Of a stretch of 64,000 bases of DNA, positions 54,042-61,450 are shown piece by piece. Source of the DNA: Candidatus Gottesmanbacteria bacterium (GTDB lineage Bacteria > Patescibacteriota > Microgenomatia > UBA10105 > UBA927). The notes below the pieces were generated by a model that saw only the letters and a list, made by a program, of their open reading frames with translations, did not search any database and was not told the DNA's origin. Position numbers and translations under genes: made by a program. The first letter of the stretch is position 1. Every line of letters starts with the position of its first letter. Location of the stretch: the NCBI GenBank assembly GCA_903821745.1, contig CAIJMI010000004.1, forward strand, positions 4,589 to 68,588, written 5' to 3'.

Positions 54042-54959
54042 ATGGATGATGAATCGTCTGTGACAACGCCACCGGAAATAACCTACGAAGAAACTCCAGT
54101 CATTACACCAATTGTTGATCCACCACCTGTTTCACCCACACCTACGCCGACCTCCGAATACCCAAAAAAGAAGACATCATTTGGTTCACTGCTCAAAAAT
54201 ATCCTCTTATTAGTTGTCTTATTCATTATTGGATATCTCTTAAGCGGTGTCATTCGAAATGCAATTAATACACCGAAAACTGCAGTCAAACCCAACCCGA
54301 CGCCAATAGCAACAAATGACATTGAAGTCCTGAATCAGGCGGTTCCTGGATCAACGAGTGCATCAACACTTGTTACACCACAAACCAATACACAAAACGT
54401 ATGGAAACAATATTCTCCAGTCAATGGAACGACAAGAAAGGCAATCGAAACCATCCAATTTAAACTTCCAGGAACAGTATTGGCTCCTATTTGTGACGGT
54501 TCAGCATGTGGATCACAGGGAACCTATTTACCAGGAGAAACACGATTAACCATCGCTCCTCGGGGAGTCGGACAGGTGCTTCCTGATTTTAGAGGGAAAA
54601 TTATCAGCGATGCAGGAGGCAAAGCCTTTGTCACAAAACAAATTACCGTTGCAGGAAAACAAACTACAGATTTTGCAACCGAGAATGTTGGTTCAACGGT
54701 TGGGGGATATGCATTCTCCATGATGCATGGCGTGATGATTGAAGTCACAGACACACTTTCTTTGGAACTCAATCATTTTGCTCCTCGTGGAATCACTGCG
54801 GATTTTATGGCTGATGAGGTGTTATTCCAGCAAATTATCGCAACAATCACATTCTCACCAACAGGATCGTTGGAAAAAGGTGCACTATTGCCTACGCCTA
54901 TCCCAATGGAAACAACATTTGCTTCCCCAACGGCGCAGCCACTGAGCCCCATTCGATAA
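54042..54959 (+). CDS. Hypothetical membrane-anchored Pro/Thr-rich protein
   Basis: Acidic/Pro N-terminus, single TM helix, PICDG..C.SQGTYLPG domain. Confidence 0.7.
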   Translation: MDDESSVTTPPEITYEETPVITPIVDPPPVSPTPTPTSEYPKKKTSFGSLLKNILLLVVLFIIGYLLSGVIRNAINTPKTAVKPNPTPIATNDIEVLNQAVPGSTSASTLVTPQTNTQNVWKQYSPVNGTTRKAIETIQFKLPGTVLAPICDGSACGSQGTYLPGETRLTIAPRGVGQVLPDFRGKIISDAGGKAFVTKQITVAGKQTTDFATENVGSTVGGYAFSMMHGVMIEVTDTLSLELNHFAPRGITADFMADEVLFQQIIATITFSPTGSLEKGALLPTPIPMETTFASPTAQPLSPIR

Positions 54960-54969
54960 CCGGAAAAAT

Positions 54970-57111
54970 TTACACCGTCGGCCAAGAAGAAATGATCAGT
55001 GGTTCATACTGTTTCCTCGGCAGTTGTCCCCACATGTGTTCTGTAATAAACGGCATAAACGGATGGAGAAGTTGTAGTAAGGTTAAAAGTATGTGACGGT
55101 ACACGGAAAGTGCGTTTGCGTCACCCTGTTTAAATCGTTCTTTATTTTGCTCCAAATATTCATCAGCAAGTGCGTGCCAGGTAAAATCGTAGACTGTCTG
55201 TGCAGCGTCGGAATATCGATACGTATCCATATACTTTGTTGTCATCTTTACAGTCGTTTCAAGTTTTTTTATCATTTCAATGTCAGATTGTACTAAATCT
55301 TTATCCATCGTCTTATCATAAAAGGGGAGCTCTTTGATTAATTCCGTATTCATCAGGAAAAGCCGTGCAATATTCCACAGCTTATTGGCAAAGTTTCTCA
55401 TTCCACGAATTTTATCTTCAGAAAGCGATATATCATTTCCTGCAGCTGCTCCAAAGACAAGTGCCATCCGGAGTGCATCAGCCCCATACAGATCAACCAT
55501 TTTAATTGGATTCACGACGTTTCCTTTACTTTTGCTCATTTTTTGTCCTTTGGCATCCCGCACAAGTCCATGAAGATATACTTTTTTAAACGGAACTTTA
55601 CCGGTTACAAAGAGGCCAACCATCAGCATGCGGCACACCCACCAAGGAAGAATGTCATACCCCGTTTCCATAACAGAGGTGGGGTAAAACGTTTCAAAAT
55701 CTGTTTTGTCACTATTTGCTTGAAGCGTTGCAAATGGCCATTGAGAACTAGAAAACCAGGTATCAAAGGTGTCGGTGTCCTGAACTAAATCCACACCTTT
55801 ACAGGTAGGACAGGAAGTTGGGGTGGATCCGTCAGTAATAATCCAGGATTTTTCTGGATTATTTTTTGCACAGGATTGACAGTGCCATGCAGGAATACGA
55901 ATGCCCCACACAATTTGGCGGCTAATATTCCAGTCATGAAAGTCTGTTAACCATTGTGCCGCGGTCTTTTCAAACCGTTGTGGAACAAAACTGACATCCT
56001 TTTTTTCAATTGCTGCAATGGCCCGATCAGCAAGGGGACGAATCTTCACAAACCATTGTGACATCGGTAAGGGTTCTAGCACAGTTCCGCATTTGTAACA
56101 CGTTCCCACAGTATGCACATACGCCTCATCAACGTGGTCAATCATTCCTCGCGCCTTCATGTCCTCGACAACCTTTGCCCGTGCTGCTTTCACGCGAAGT
56201 CCTGCATAAGGACCAGCAACAGCAGTTAATTTTCCGTCAAACCCAATAACCTGCAACGACGGAAGATTGTGCCGTTTTCCGATTTCATAATCTGTCATAT
56301 CGTGAGCAGGCGTCACTTTCACGACTCCTGTTCCAAATGCCGGATCAACAACCTCATCTCCAACCACCTGAAGTTGTACCGGTCCATTCAATCCTTCAAA
56401 TTCAATTTCTTTTCCAATCCATGAATTATATCGTTTGTCTTCTGGATGAACGGCAACTGCCGTATCACCGAATTTCGTTTCCGGTCTAACTGTTGCCAGC
56501 ACAAACGGTCCATATTTGATGTAATATAAGGGATCGATTTGTTCAACATGTTTTACTTCAAGATCTGAAAACGATGTTCCGCATTTTGTGCAGTAATTTA
56601 CAAGCCGTTCTCCGCGATAAATAAGTCCTTCATCATGCATCTTTTTGAATGTCTTATACACAATGGCAATAACTTCAGGATCCAAAGGAAACCGTAACCG
56701 TTGCCAATCCAAAGAAAATCCCATCCGTCGAAGCTGTGATTCCATGGTACCCCGGTTAGCCTGAGTAAAATCCCAAATTGCTTTGTAGAGATCATCCCGG
56801 GTGTAATCAAAACGGCTTTTTCCTTGTTTTGCCAAAAACTTTTCAAACACAAATTGGGTCTCAAATCCCGCATGGTCAAAGCCAGGTTGCCAAAGCGTTA
56901 CATCACCCTTCATCCGATGATACCGAATCATGATGTCTTCAATCGTAAACATGGCGTGTCCCAAATGAAGATCACCGTTCGCATTAGGAAGGGGGAGAAT
57001 CACACAAAAAGGTTCTTTCCCATTTTCTTTTTTAGGCGTAAAGTAACCAGCTTTTTCCCACGAAGTATACGTTGTCTCTTCAAATGATTTTGGCGTGTAT
57101 GCTTTATCCAT
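54970..57111 (-). CDS. valS: Valyl-tRNA synthetase (lacks C-terminal coiled coil)
   Basis: PNANG.LHLGH, DHAG, FGTG.VKVTPAHD, DWNISRQI.WG, DTWFSS, KMSKS. Confidence 0.95.
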   Translation of the reverse strand: MDKAYTPKSFEETTYTSWEKAGYFTPKKENGKEPFCVILPLPNANGDLHLGHAMFTIEDIMIRYHRMKGDVTLWQPGFDHAGFETQFVFEKFLAKQGKSRFDYTRDDLYKAIWDFTQANRGTMESQLRRMGFSLDWQRLRFPLDPEVIAIVYKTFKKMHDEGLIYRGERLVNYCTKCGTSFSDLEVKHVEQIDPLYYIKYGPFVLATVRPETKFGDTAVAVHPEDKRYNSWIGKEIEFEGLNGPVQLQVVGDEVVDPAFGTGVVKVTPAHDMTDYEIGKRHNLPSLQVIGFDGKLTAVAGPYAGLRVKAARAKVVEDMKARGMIDHVDEAYVHTVGTCYKCGTVLEPLPMSQWFVKIRPLADRAIAAIEKKDVSFVPQRFEKTAAQWLTDFHDWNISRQIVWGIRIPAWHCQSCAKNNPEKSWIITDGSTPTSCPTCKGVDLVQDTDTFDTWFSSSQWPFATLQANSDKTDFETFYPTSVMETGYDILPWWVCRMLMVGLFVTGKVPFKKVYLHGLVRDAKGQKMSKSKGNVVNPIKMVDLYGADALRMALVFGAAAGNDISLSEDKIRGMRNFANKLWNIARLFLMNTELIKELPFYDKTMDKDLVQSDIEMIKKLETTVKMTTKYMDTYRYSDAAQTVYDFTWHALADEYLEQNKERFKQGDANALSVYRHILLTLLQLLHPFMPFITEHMWGQLPRKQYEPLIISSWPTV

Positions 57112-57136
57112 TACTCACGTATTGTAGCGCGTGGGG

Positions 57137-57997
57137 TTACAACTCATCAAGCTTCACATTTTCAACTTGTTGCCCTTTAATAAGCTCCAAGTATTTTTCA
57201 GTTGTGGACAGGCGTTTATGTCCGACCAATTTTGAAAGGGTCATGATTGGTGTACCGGCCATCAGATGGTGAGCAATAAAGGTGTGGCGCAAATCATTTA
57301 CTTTTGCTTGTTCAATGCCGGCAATACGGAAATAGCGATCAATGGCCGTTCGAATGTTTCGAATTAACAGTGCCCGACCGGTTTTTGTGATAAATAATGC
57401 ATTGCTTTTTGCAGAAGGGTTACGAATCTCTTTATACTTATTTAACGCTTCAACCGCTGCTTTGTTAAGTGGCACATTGCGTTCTTCATGGCCTTCTTGG
57501 CTGGCAATATGCAGATCTGTTGGTTTCACGTCATCAATCATAAGTGCTGCAAGTTCACCAATACGAACACCGGTTTGAAGAAAAAGCTCGACAATTGCAT
57601 ACATGCGGACATCTCCGCGACAGGCATCACGAAGTGCGCGGTATTCGAGTTTTGACAAAATTCGCGGTGGTTTGACATCGTATTTTGGATGGACAATTTC
57701 CGTCGCAGGATCTGTTTTTGTAACGCCTGATGTTTTCAAAAACCTAAAAAATGTCTTAATAGAGTTGATCTTCCGTGAGACAGACTTTGGGGTATAGCTA
57801 TCACTTGCAAGTTTCTTCAAAAACGCATTAATCTCATCTGGGGTAATGTCAGTAATAGTTTTCTTCTCCGCGGCCTGAAAAAACGTCAACATTTGGTCAA
57901 TGTCTTTTTTGTATGCTACGATGGTAGCACGAGCACGCTTTTTGGCCGTCAAATAGTCAACAAACTGTGCATTCGTACTCTTTAAATCAGTGCTCAT
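57137..57997 (-). CDS. XerC/XerD-family tyrosine recombinase
   Basis: SAM-like N-domain (RKINSIKTFFRFL), TGVRIGE, NDLRHTF, LVGH, TTEKY. Confidence 0.9.
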   Translation of the reverse strand: MSTDLKSTNAQFVDYLTAKKRARATIVAYKKDIDQMLTFFQAAEKKTITDITPDEINAFLKKLASDSYTPKSVSRKINSIKTFFRFLKTSGVTKTDPATEIVHPKYDVKPPRILSKLEYRALRDACRGDVRMYAIVELFLQTGVRIGELAALMIDDVKPTDLHIASQEGHEERNVPLNKAAVEALNKYKEIRNPSAKSNALFITKTGRALLIRNIRTAIDRYFRIAGIEQAKVNDLRHTFIAHHLMAGTPIMTLSKLVGHKRLSTTEKYLELIKGQQVENVKLDEL

Positions 57998-58112
57998 ATA
58001 TGTATTATTTTGAAGCAGGAAACAATTTCGGGAGGATATCCCGAGGCAAGTAGTAAAGCCTATAATATCATAGTCTCGTGACTATTTGCAAGGTACAAAA
58101 AATAACAGGCGC

Positions 58113-58466
58113 ATGAAACAAAAACCCATAGTTCAGCTACTCCCACTTATAGCCTTCTTAGGGCTATGTATAGCCATTGGAAGCCTCATAAGCTCGCTTT
58201 TTGGCATATCCCACAGACGAACGATCTTGCAAACGAGCCAGGAAGAGCTTGTGAAGCTTCAAAAAAAGAACCAAGACTTAGAAAAACAGCTACACATAGC
58301 CGAGTCTCCCGAATTTATCGAAAAAATGGCCCGAGAAAAACTCAATTTGGCAAAACCGGGAGAAACCATCATTTTGGTTAGTCAGCAGACTAAGGAAACA
58401 AGCGAAATGCAAGACGCTCACACACCTCAAACAAACTGGAAACAATGGTGGTGGGTTTTCTTTTAA
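58113..58466 (+). CDS. Septum formation initiator (FtsB/DivIC family)
   Basis: TM helix, coiled coil, FIEKMAREKLNLAKPGE. Confidence 0.85.
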   Translation: MKQKPIVQLLPLIAFLGLCIAIGSLISSLFGISHRRTILQTSQEELVKLQKKNQDLEKQLHIAESPEFIEKMAREKLNLAKPGETIILVSQQTKETSEMQDAHTPQTNWKQWWWVFF

Positions 58467-58514
58467 ATTCAGTTTTTGAAAAACCCCACGAATTTTTTTG
58501 GAAATAGAGAAAAG

Positions 58515-58586
58515 TGCCAGGAGTGGGGGTCGGACCCACGACTCCACGCTTATGAAGCGTGTGCTCTACCGCTGAGCTACCCTGGC
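58515..58586 (-). tRNA. tRNA with CAU anticodon, probably elongator tRNA-Met
   Basis: GCCAGGG/TCCTGGC acceptor, CACGC-TTCATAA-GCGTG anticodon arm, T-loop TCCGACC, no encoded CCA. Confidence 0.9.
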
Positions 58587-59261
58587 AATGGGACATCGCG
58601 TAATGCTTGAACCAATCCTGCTATTTTATACAAAATCCGCGCAGGTTTCAAAACTTTAACCGATAGCGTTCCAAAATGGTCTTCATAATTTTCGTAAATT
58701 TTCTTTGGTTTACTTTGTTTAAAGCTTGTTTTTGTAAACTGACCCAAAGGAATATGAGTAACAGAACTCCAATATTTTTGGATAACTAAATCACGATTTT
58801 TATGAATAACATTCACACCAACATAACATTTGAAGTCACTCAACGTCAAATCGAAAAATTTTTGAAACCATCCCATAAGGAATAAAATCAGCTTCGGATC
58901 CGAATTACAAAATTCAATCTTCTTCATTTTTTTATTCCCTTCAGCCCAATACAAAGCTATTCCGGAAACAAAAGATTCTTTCTCTGTTAAATATTAAATA
59001 TGTGTATGCCCATAAGCATTACCATCAATTATTCTTTGTAACCTATCTTGTCTTTTTTTCAGCTCCTAATAATCGACCAAGCGCAGCCCCCTCTATCTTA
59101 CGATGCTTCAAATACTGAAGTTGATCGATACTCAAAAGAATATCTCGCACCCACAAGCTAGCACTACTTTTAGCAACGTTAAGTTTTTAATCTATAAGCT
59201 TAACGCTCACACCACGCCTTCTTATTTCTCGAGCTTGGATTTTTTTGATAGATTTAGCCAT
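58577..59261 (-). pseudogene. Disrupted HTH + LAGLIDADG-like (ALYWAEG) gene overlapping the tRNA-Met 5' end
   Basis: From ATG 59261: MAKSIKKIQAREIRRRGVSVKLID*KLNVAKSSASLWVRDI (HTH), then a frameshift in the A7 run at 59053-59059, a second TAA at 58996-58994, then GIALYWAEGNK..FCNSDP.LI..F..YW..G; the stop codon lies inside the tRNA. Confidence 0.75.
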
Positions 59262-59374
59262 ATTGAACCTTCACAAATGATATATTCATCACATAATATG
59301 TAGGTTCGAAAATAAAGACAGAATATACAGAAAATCATAATTGGTGTATACTCACTTTTGTTCTTTAAATGAAC

Positions 59375-59639
59375 CGCGGGGTAGTGTAAAGTTGCACAGA
59401 AGGCTCAAAATGGGCCCTTCAATAAGCAATTATTGAAATGAGAATTTGGCTGTATCGGTGAAACCCTTAGTTAACCAAGGGGCAATACCGAGGCAATCTC
59501 CGTCATTTGACGGAGCGAGTCCGTAGAGACTATACGCCAAATCCGCCTCTGGCGGAATGATATAGTCCGATACTCCAAGTAATTGGAGAAACATATGCAT
59601 AATCTTCTAGACCAGGTGCGATTCCTGGCCCCGCAACCA
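59375..59639 (+). tRNA. Initiator tRNA-fMet(CAU) split by an intron (exons 59375-59405 and 59598-59639)
   Basis: Spliced: CGCGGGG TA GTGT AAAGTT GCAC A GAAGG CT^CATAA TCTTC TAGA CCAGG TGCGATT CCTGG CCCCGCA A CCA; C1xA72 mismatch. Confidence 0.88.
59406..59597 (+). ncRNA. ORF-less group I intron (192 nt) in the tRNA-fMet anticodon loop
   Basis: P1: exon GAAGGCT pairs with GGCCCTTC (U-G at the splice site); P3 ATTTGGC/GCCAAAT; P4-P5 ATCGGTGAAACCC..GGGCAATACCGAG; P7 GACTAT/ATAGTC; P9 with GTAA loop; terminal G. Confidence 0.92.
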
Positions 59640-59651
59640 ATTGACGACGTG

Positions 59652-59660
59652 TGATATACT
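59652..59660 (+). promoter_or_regulatory. Extended -10 promoter for the T-box leader
   Basis: TG-A-TATACT right after tRNA-fMet. Confidence 0.55.
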
Positions 59661-59666
59661 AAGCAC

Positions 59667-59954
59667 CATACAAGTAAATAAAGACCACGGGAAGATTGAT
59701 TGGGATCTTCCTACCGATGAAAATCGAGGCTGAGCAGGCTACCCGCCAACAAGGCGAGGATGTCTAATCCAGAAGCTTATCTGTAAAAATAAAGCACCAT
59801 GTGTCGCGTTCCTGCGGAGCATGTAATAAGATTTCTTACATGTCCCTCGCACTGGCGGGGGATTTTTTGTAAGCGATGAAGCAAGGTGGAACAGCCTGTA
59901 TTTTGTAGGCCCTTGTAAGTTACCAATATTTTTTGGTGATTTACAAGGGTTTTT
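59667..59954 (+). promoter_or_regulatory. T-box riboswitch leader (transcriptional)
   Basis: T-box sequence AAGCAAGGTGGAACAGCC. The antiterminator CAAGG-[TGGAACA]-GCCTGTA/TGTAGGC-CCTTG is mutually exclusive with terminator 59910-59954. Upstream Stem II, IIA/B pseudoknot and Stem III candidates are present. Confidence 0.8.
59910..59954 (+). terminator. T-box intrinsic terminator
   Basis: CCCTTGTAAGTTACCAA-loop-TTGGTGATTTACAAGGG-TTTTT, 7 nt before tRNA-Trp. Confidence 0.85.
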
Positions 59955-59961
59955 GTTGTAT

Positions 59962-60035
59962 AGGGGCATAGTGAAACGGTATCACGGGGATCTCCAAAAT
60001 CCCTATTTCAGGTTCAAATCCTGGTGCCCCTGCCA
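59962..60035 (+). tRNA. tRNA-Trp(CCA)
   Basis: AGGGGCA/TGCCCCT acceptor, GGGAT-CTCCAAA-ATCCC anticodon arm, GGTTCAAATCC, G73, encoded CCA. Confidence 0.96.
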
Positions 60036-60076
60036 AAAAATAGTAAATGAATTACAATGATAGAAAGGAAATTTAT

Positions 60077-61447
60077 ATGAAACGAATTTTATCTGGCATT
60101 ACACCAAGCGGGGATGGAACACTCCATATCGGCAACTATCTCGGCGCGGTAAAACAGTTTATTGACATGGCACGTACCAACGAGTGTTTTCTGTTTGTGG
60201 CTGATTATCATGCACTCACAACGATTCAAAATAAAGGACAGCTACAAAAAAATGTAGAAGCATTAATACTCAATGAACTTTCGCTTCTGAAAGGATTTTT
60301 AACGCCAGAAGAATTTAATCGGCTTGTTTTTTACCGACAATCCGATCTTGAAGGACTCCACCCCGAGCTACAAACAATTCTCAACAATGTTACACCGCTT
60401 GGACTGTTAAAACGTGCCCATGCATACAAAGATAAACTGGCAAAAGAAACAGTTGAAGATGATATTAATGTCGGACTCTTTAGTTATCCCATTCTCATGG
60501 CAGCAGACATTTTGCTATACAAACCAGATCTCGTTCCTGTTGGAAAAGATCAAAAACAACACGTAGAAATTGCCAGAGATGTTGCGGAACGATTTAACCG
60601 CGTATTTAACAAACAACTCTTTAAACTTCCAGAACCGTTCATTCCAGAAAGTGTCGCAACGGTTCTTGGAACTGATGGCAAACGAAAAATGAGTAAATCA
60701 CTCGGTAATATTATCAGCATTTTTGAATCGGAGGAAGTAATAAAAAAACAGGTCATGGGAACATATACAGATCCAACCCGGGCTCATGCTACAGACCTCG
60801 GACACATTGAAGGAAATATGGTGTTTACATATCTCGACTTTTTTGGTGAAAAAGAGAAAGTAAACCAAATGAAAAAAGCCTATGGAGAAGGCCAAATAGG
60901 TGATATTGAAGTAAAACAATATTTATATGAGTCCTTACTTCACTACTTCACTCCTGCACGTAAACAATACGATGAGTTAAAAAATAATCCGGAACTTGTC
61001 AAAGAAATTCTTTCTCAAGGGAAGGAAAAGGCAATGATGATAGCGGGTACAACAATGAAAGAAGTACGAGAAACCATCGGACTGGTAAATGCATATTCCA
61101 GTCAAGACAAGAAAAAATCAACAATTACGATTGATGACTTTGGAAGTGTTGATATCAGAGTAGGGAAGGTCGAAACGGCAGAGCATATAGAAAAAAGCGA
61201 AAAACTCATCAGGCTTCATGTTGATTTTGGAGCATTTGGAAAACGGATTATCTTTACCGGTGTTCGACAATTCGGATATACAGGAGAGTATTTTATCGGC
61301 AAACAATTTTTCTTTGTCGTGAATTTACAATATCGAAAAATGATGGGTGAAGAATCGCAGGGAATGATCATGGCAGTAGATAGCATGGATGGAAAACCAC
61401 TCTTTATTTCCGGTGAAACATTGCCGCTTGGATCCAGAATTCGATAA
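60077..61447 (+). CDS. trpS: Tryptophanyl-tRNA synthetase fused to a C-terminal Trbp111/CsaA-like tRNA-binding domain
   Basis: SGITPSG..LHIGNYLG, YPILMAADIL, VPVGKDQKQH, KMSKS; the last ~110 aa read ITIDDF..DIRVGKV..SEKL..VDFG..NL..RKMMGEESQGM. Confidence 0.95.
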   Translation: MKRILSGITPSGDGTLHIGNYLGAVKQFIDMARTNECFLFVADYHALTTIQNKGQLQKNVEALILNELSLLKGFLTPEEFNRLVFYRQSDLEGLHPELQTILNNVTPLGLLKRAHAYKDKLAKETVEDDINVGLFSYPILMAADILLYKPDLVPVGKDQKQHVEIARDVAERFNRVFNKQLFKLPEPFIPESVATVLGTDGKRKMSKSLGNIISIFESEEVIKKQVMGTYTDPTRAHATDLGHIEGNMVFTYLDFFGEKEKVNQMKKAYGEGQIGDIEVKQYLYESLLHYFTPARKQYDELKNNPELVKEILSQGKEKAMMIAGTTMKEVRETIGLVNAYSSQDKKKSTITIDDFGSVDIRVGKVETAEHIEKSEKLIRLHVDFGAFGKRIIFTGVRQFGYTGEYFIGKQFFFVVNLQYRKMMGEESQGMIMAVDSMDGKPLFISGETLPLGSRIR

Positions 61448-61450
61448 GTA

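Noticed and set aside
58515-58586. tRNA-Ile2 (lysidine) identity for the CAU tRNA
   Set aside because: It lacks the C4-G69/C5-G68 acceptor pairs used by TilS/IleRS in model bacteria, so elongator Met is more likely, though not proven.
58994-59189. Stop-codon reassignment as an explanation for the in-frame TAA codons
   Set aside because: TAA, TAG and TGA all terminate conserved genes in the window, and the same gene also has a frameshift; pseudogenisation is simpler.
57137-59300. Prophage or integrative element (recombinase near tRNA genes)
   Set aside because: The recombinase is Xer-sized and flanked by valS and a divIC-like gene; no att duplication of a tRNA 3' end and no phage genes were seen.
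59843-59868. Intrinsic terminator inside the T-box leader (TCCCTCGC-ACTG-GCGGGGGA-TTTTTT)
   Set aside because: The U-tract can pair with TGCGGAG (59813-19) within the larger Stem III closed by TGTCGC/GCGATG, so it is more simply read as part of the riboswitch. A second termination site cannot be excluded.
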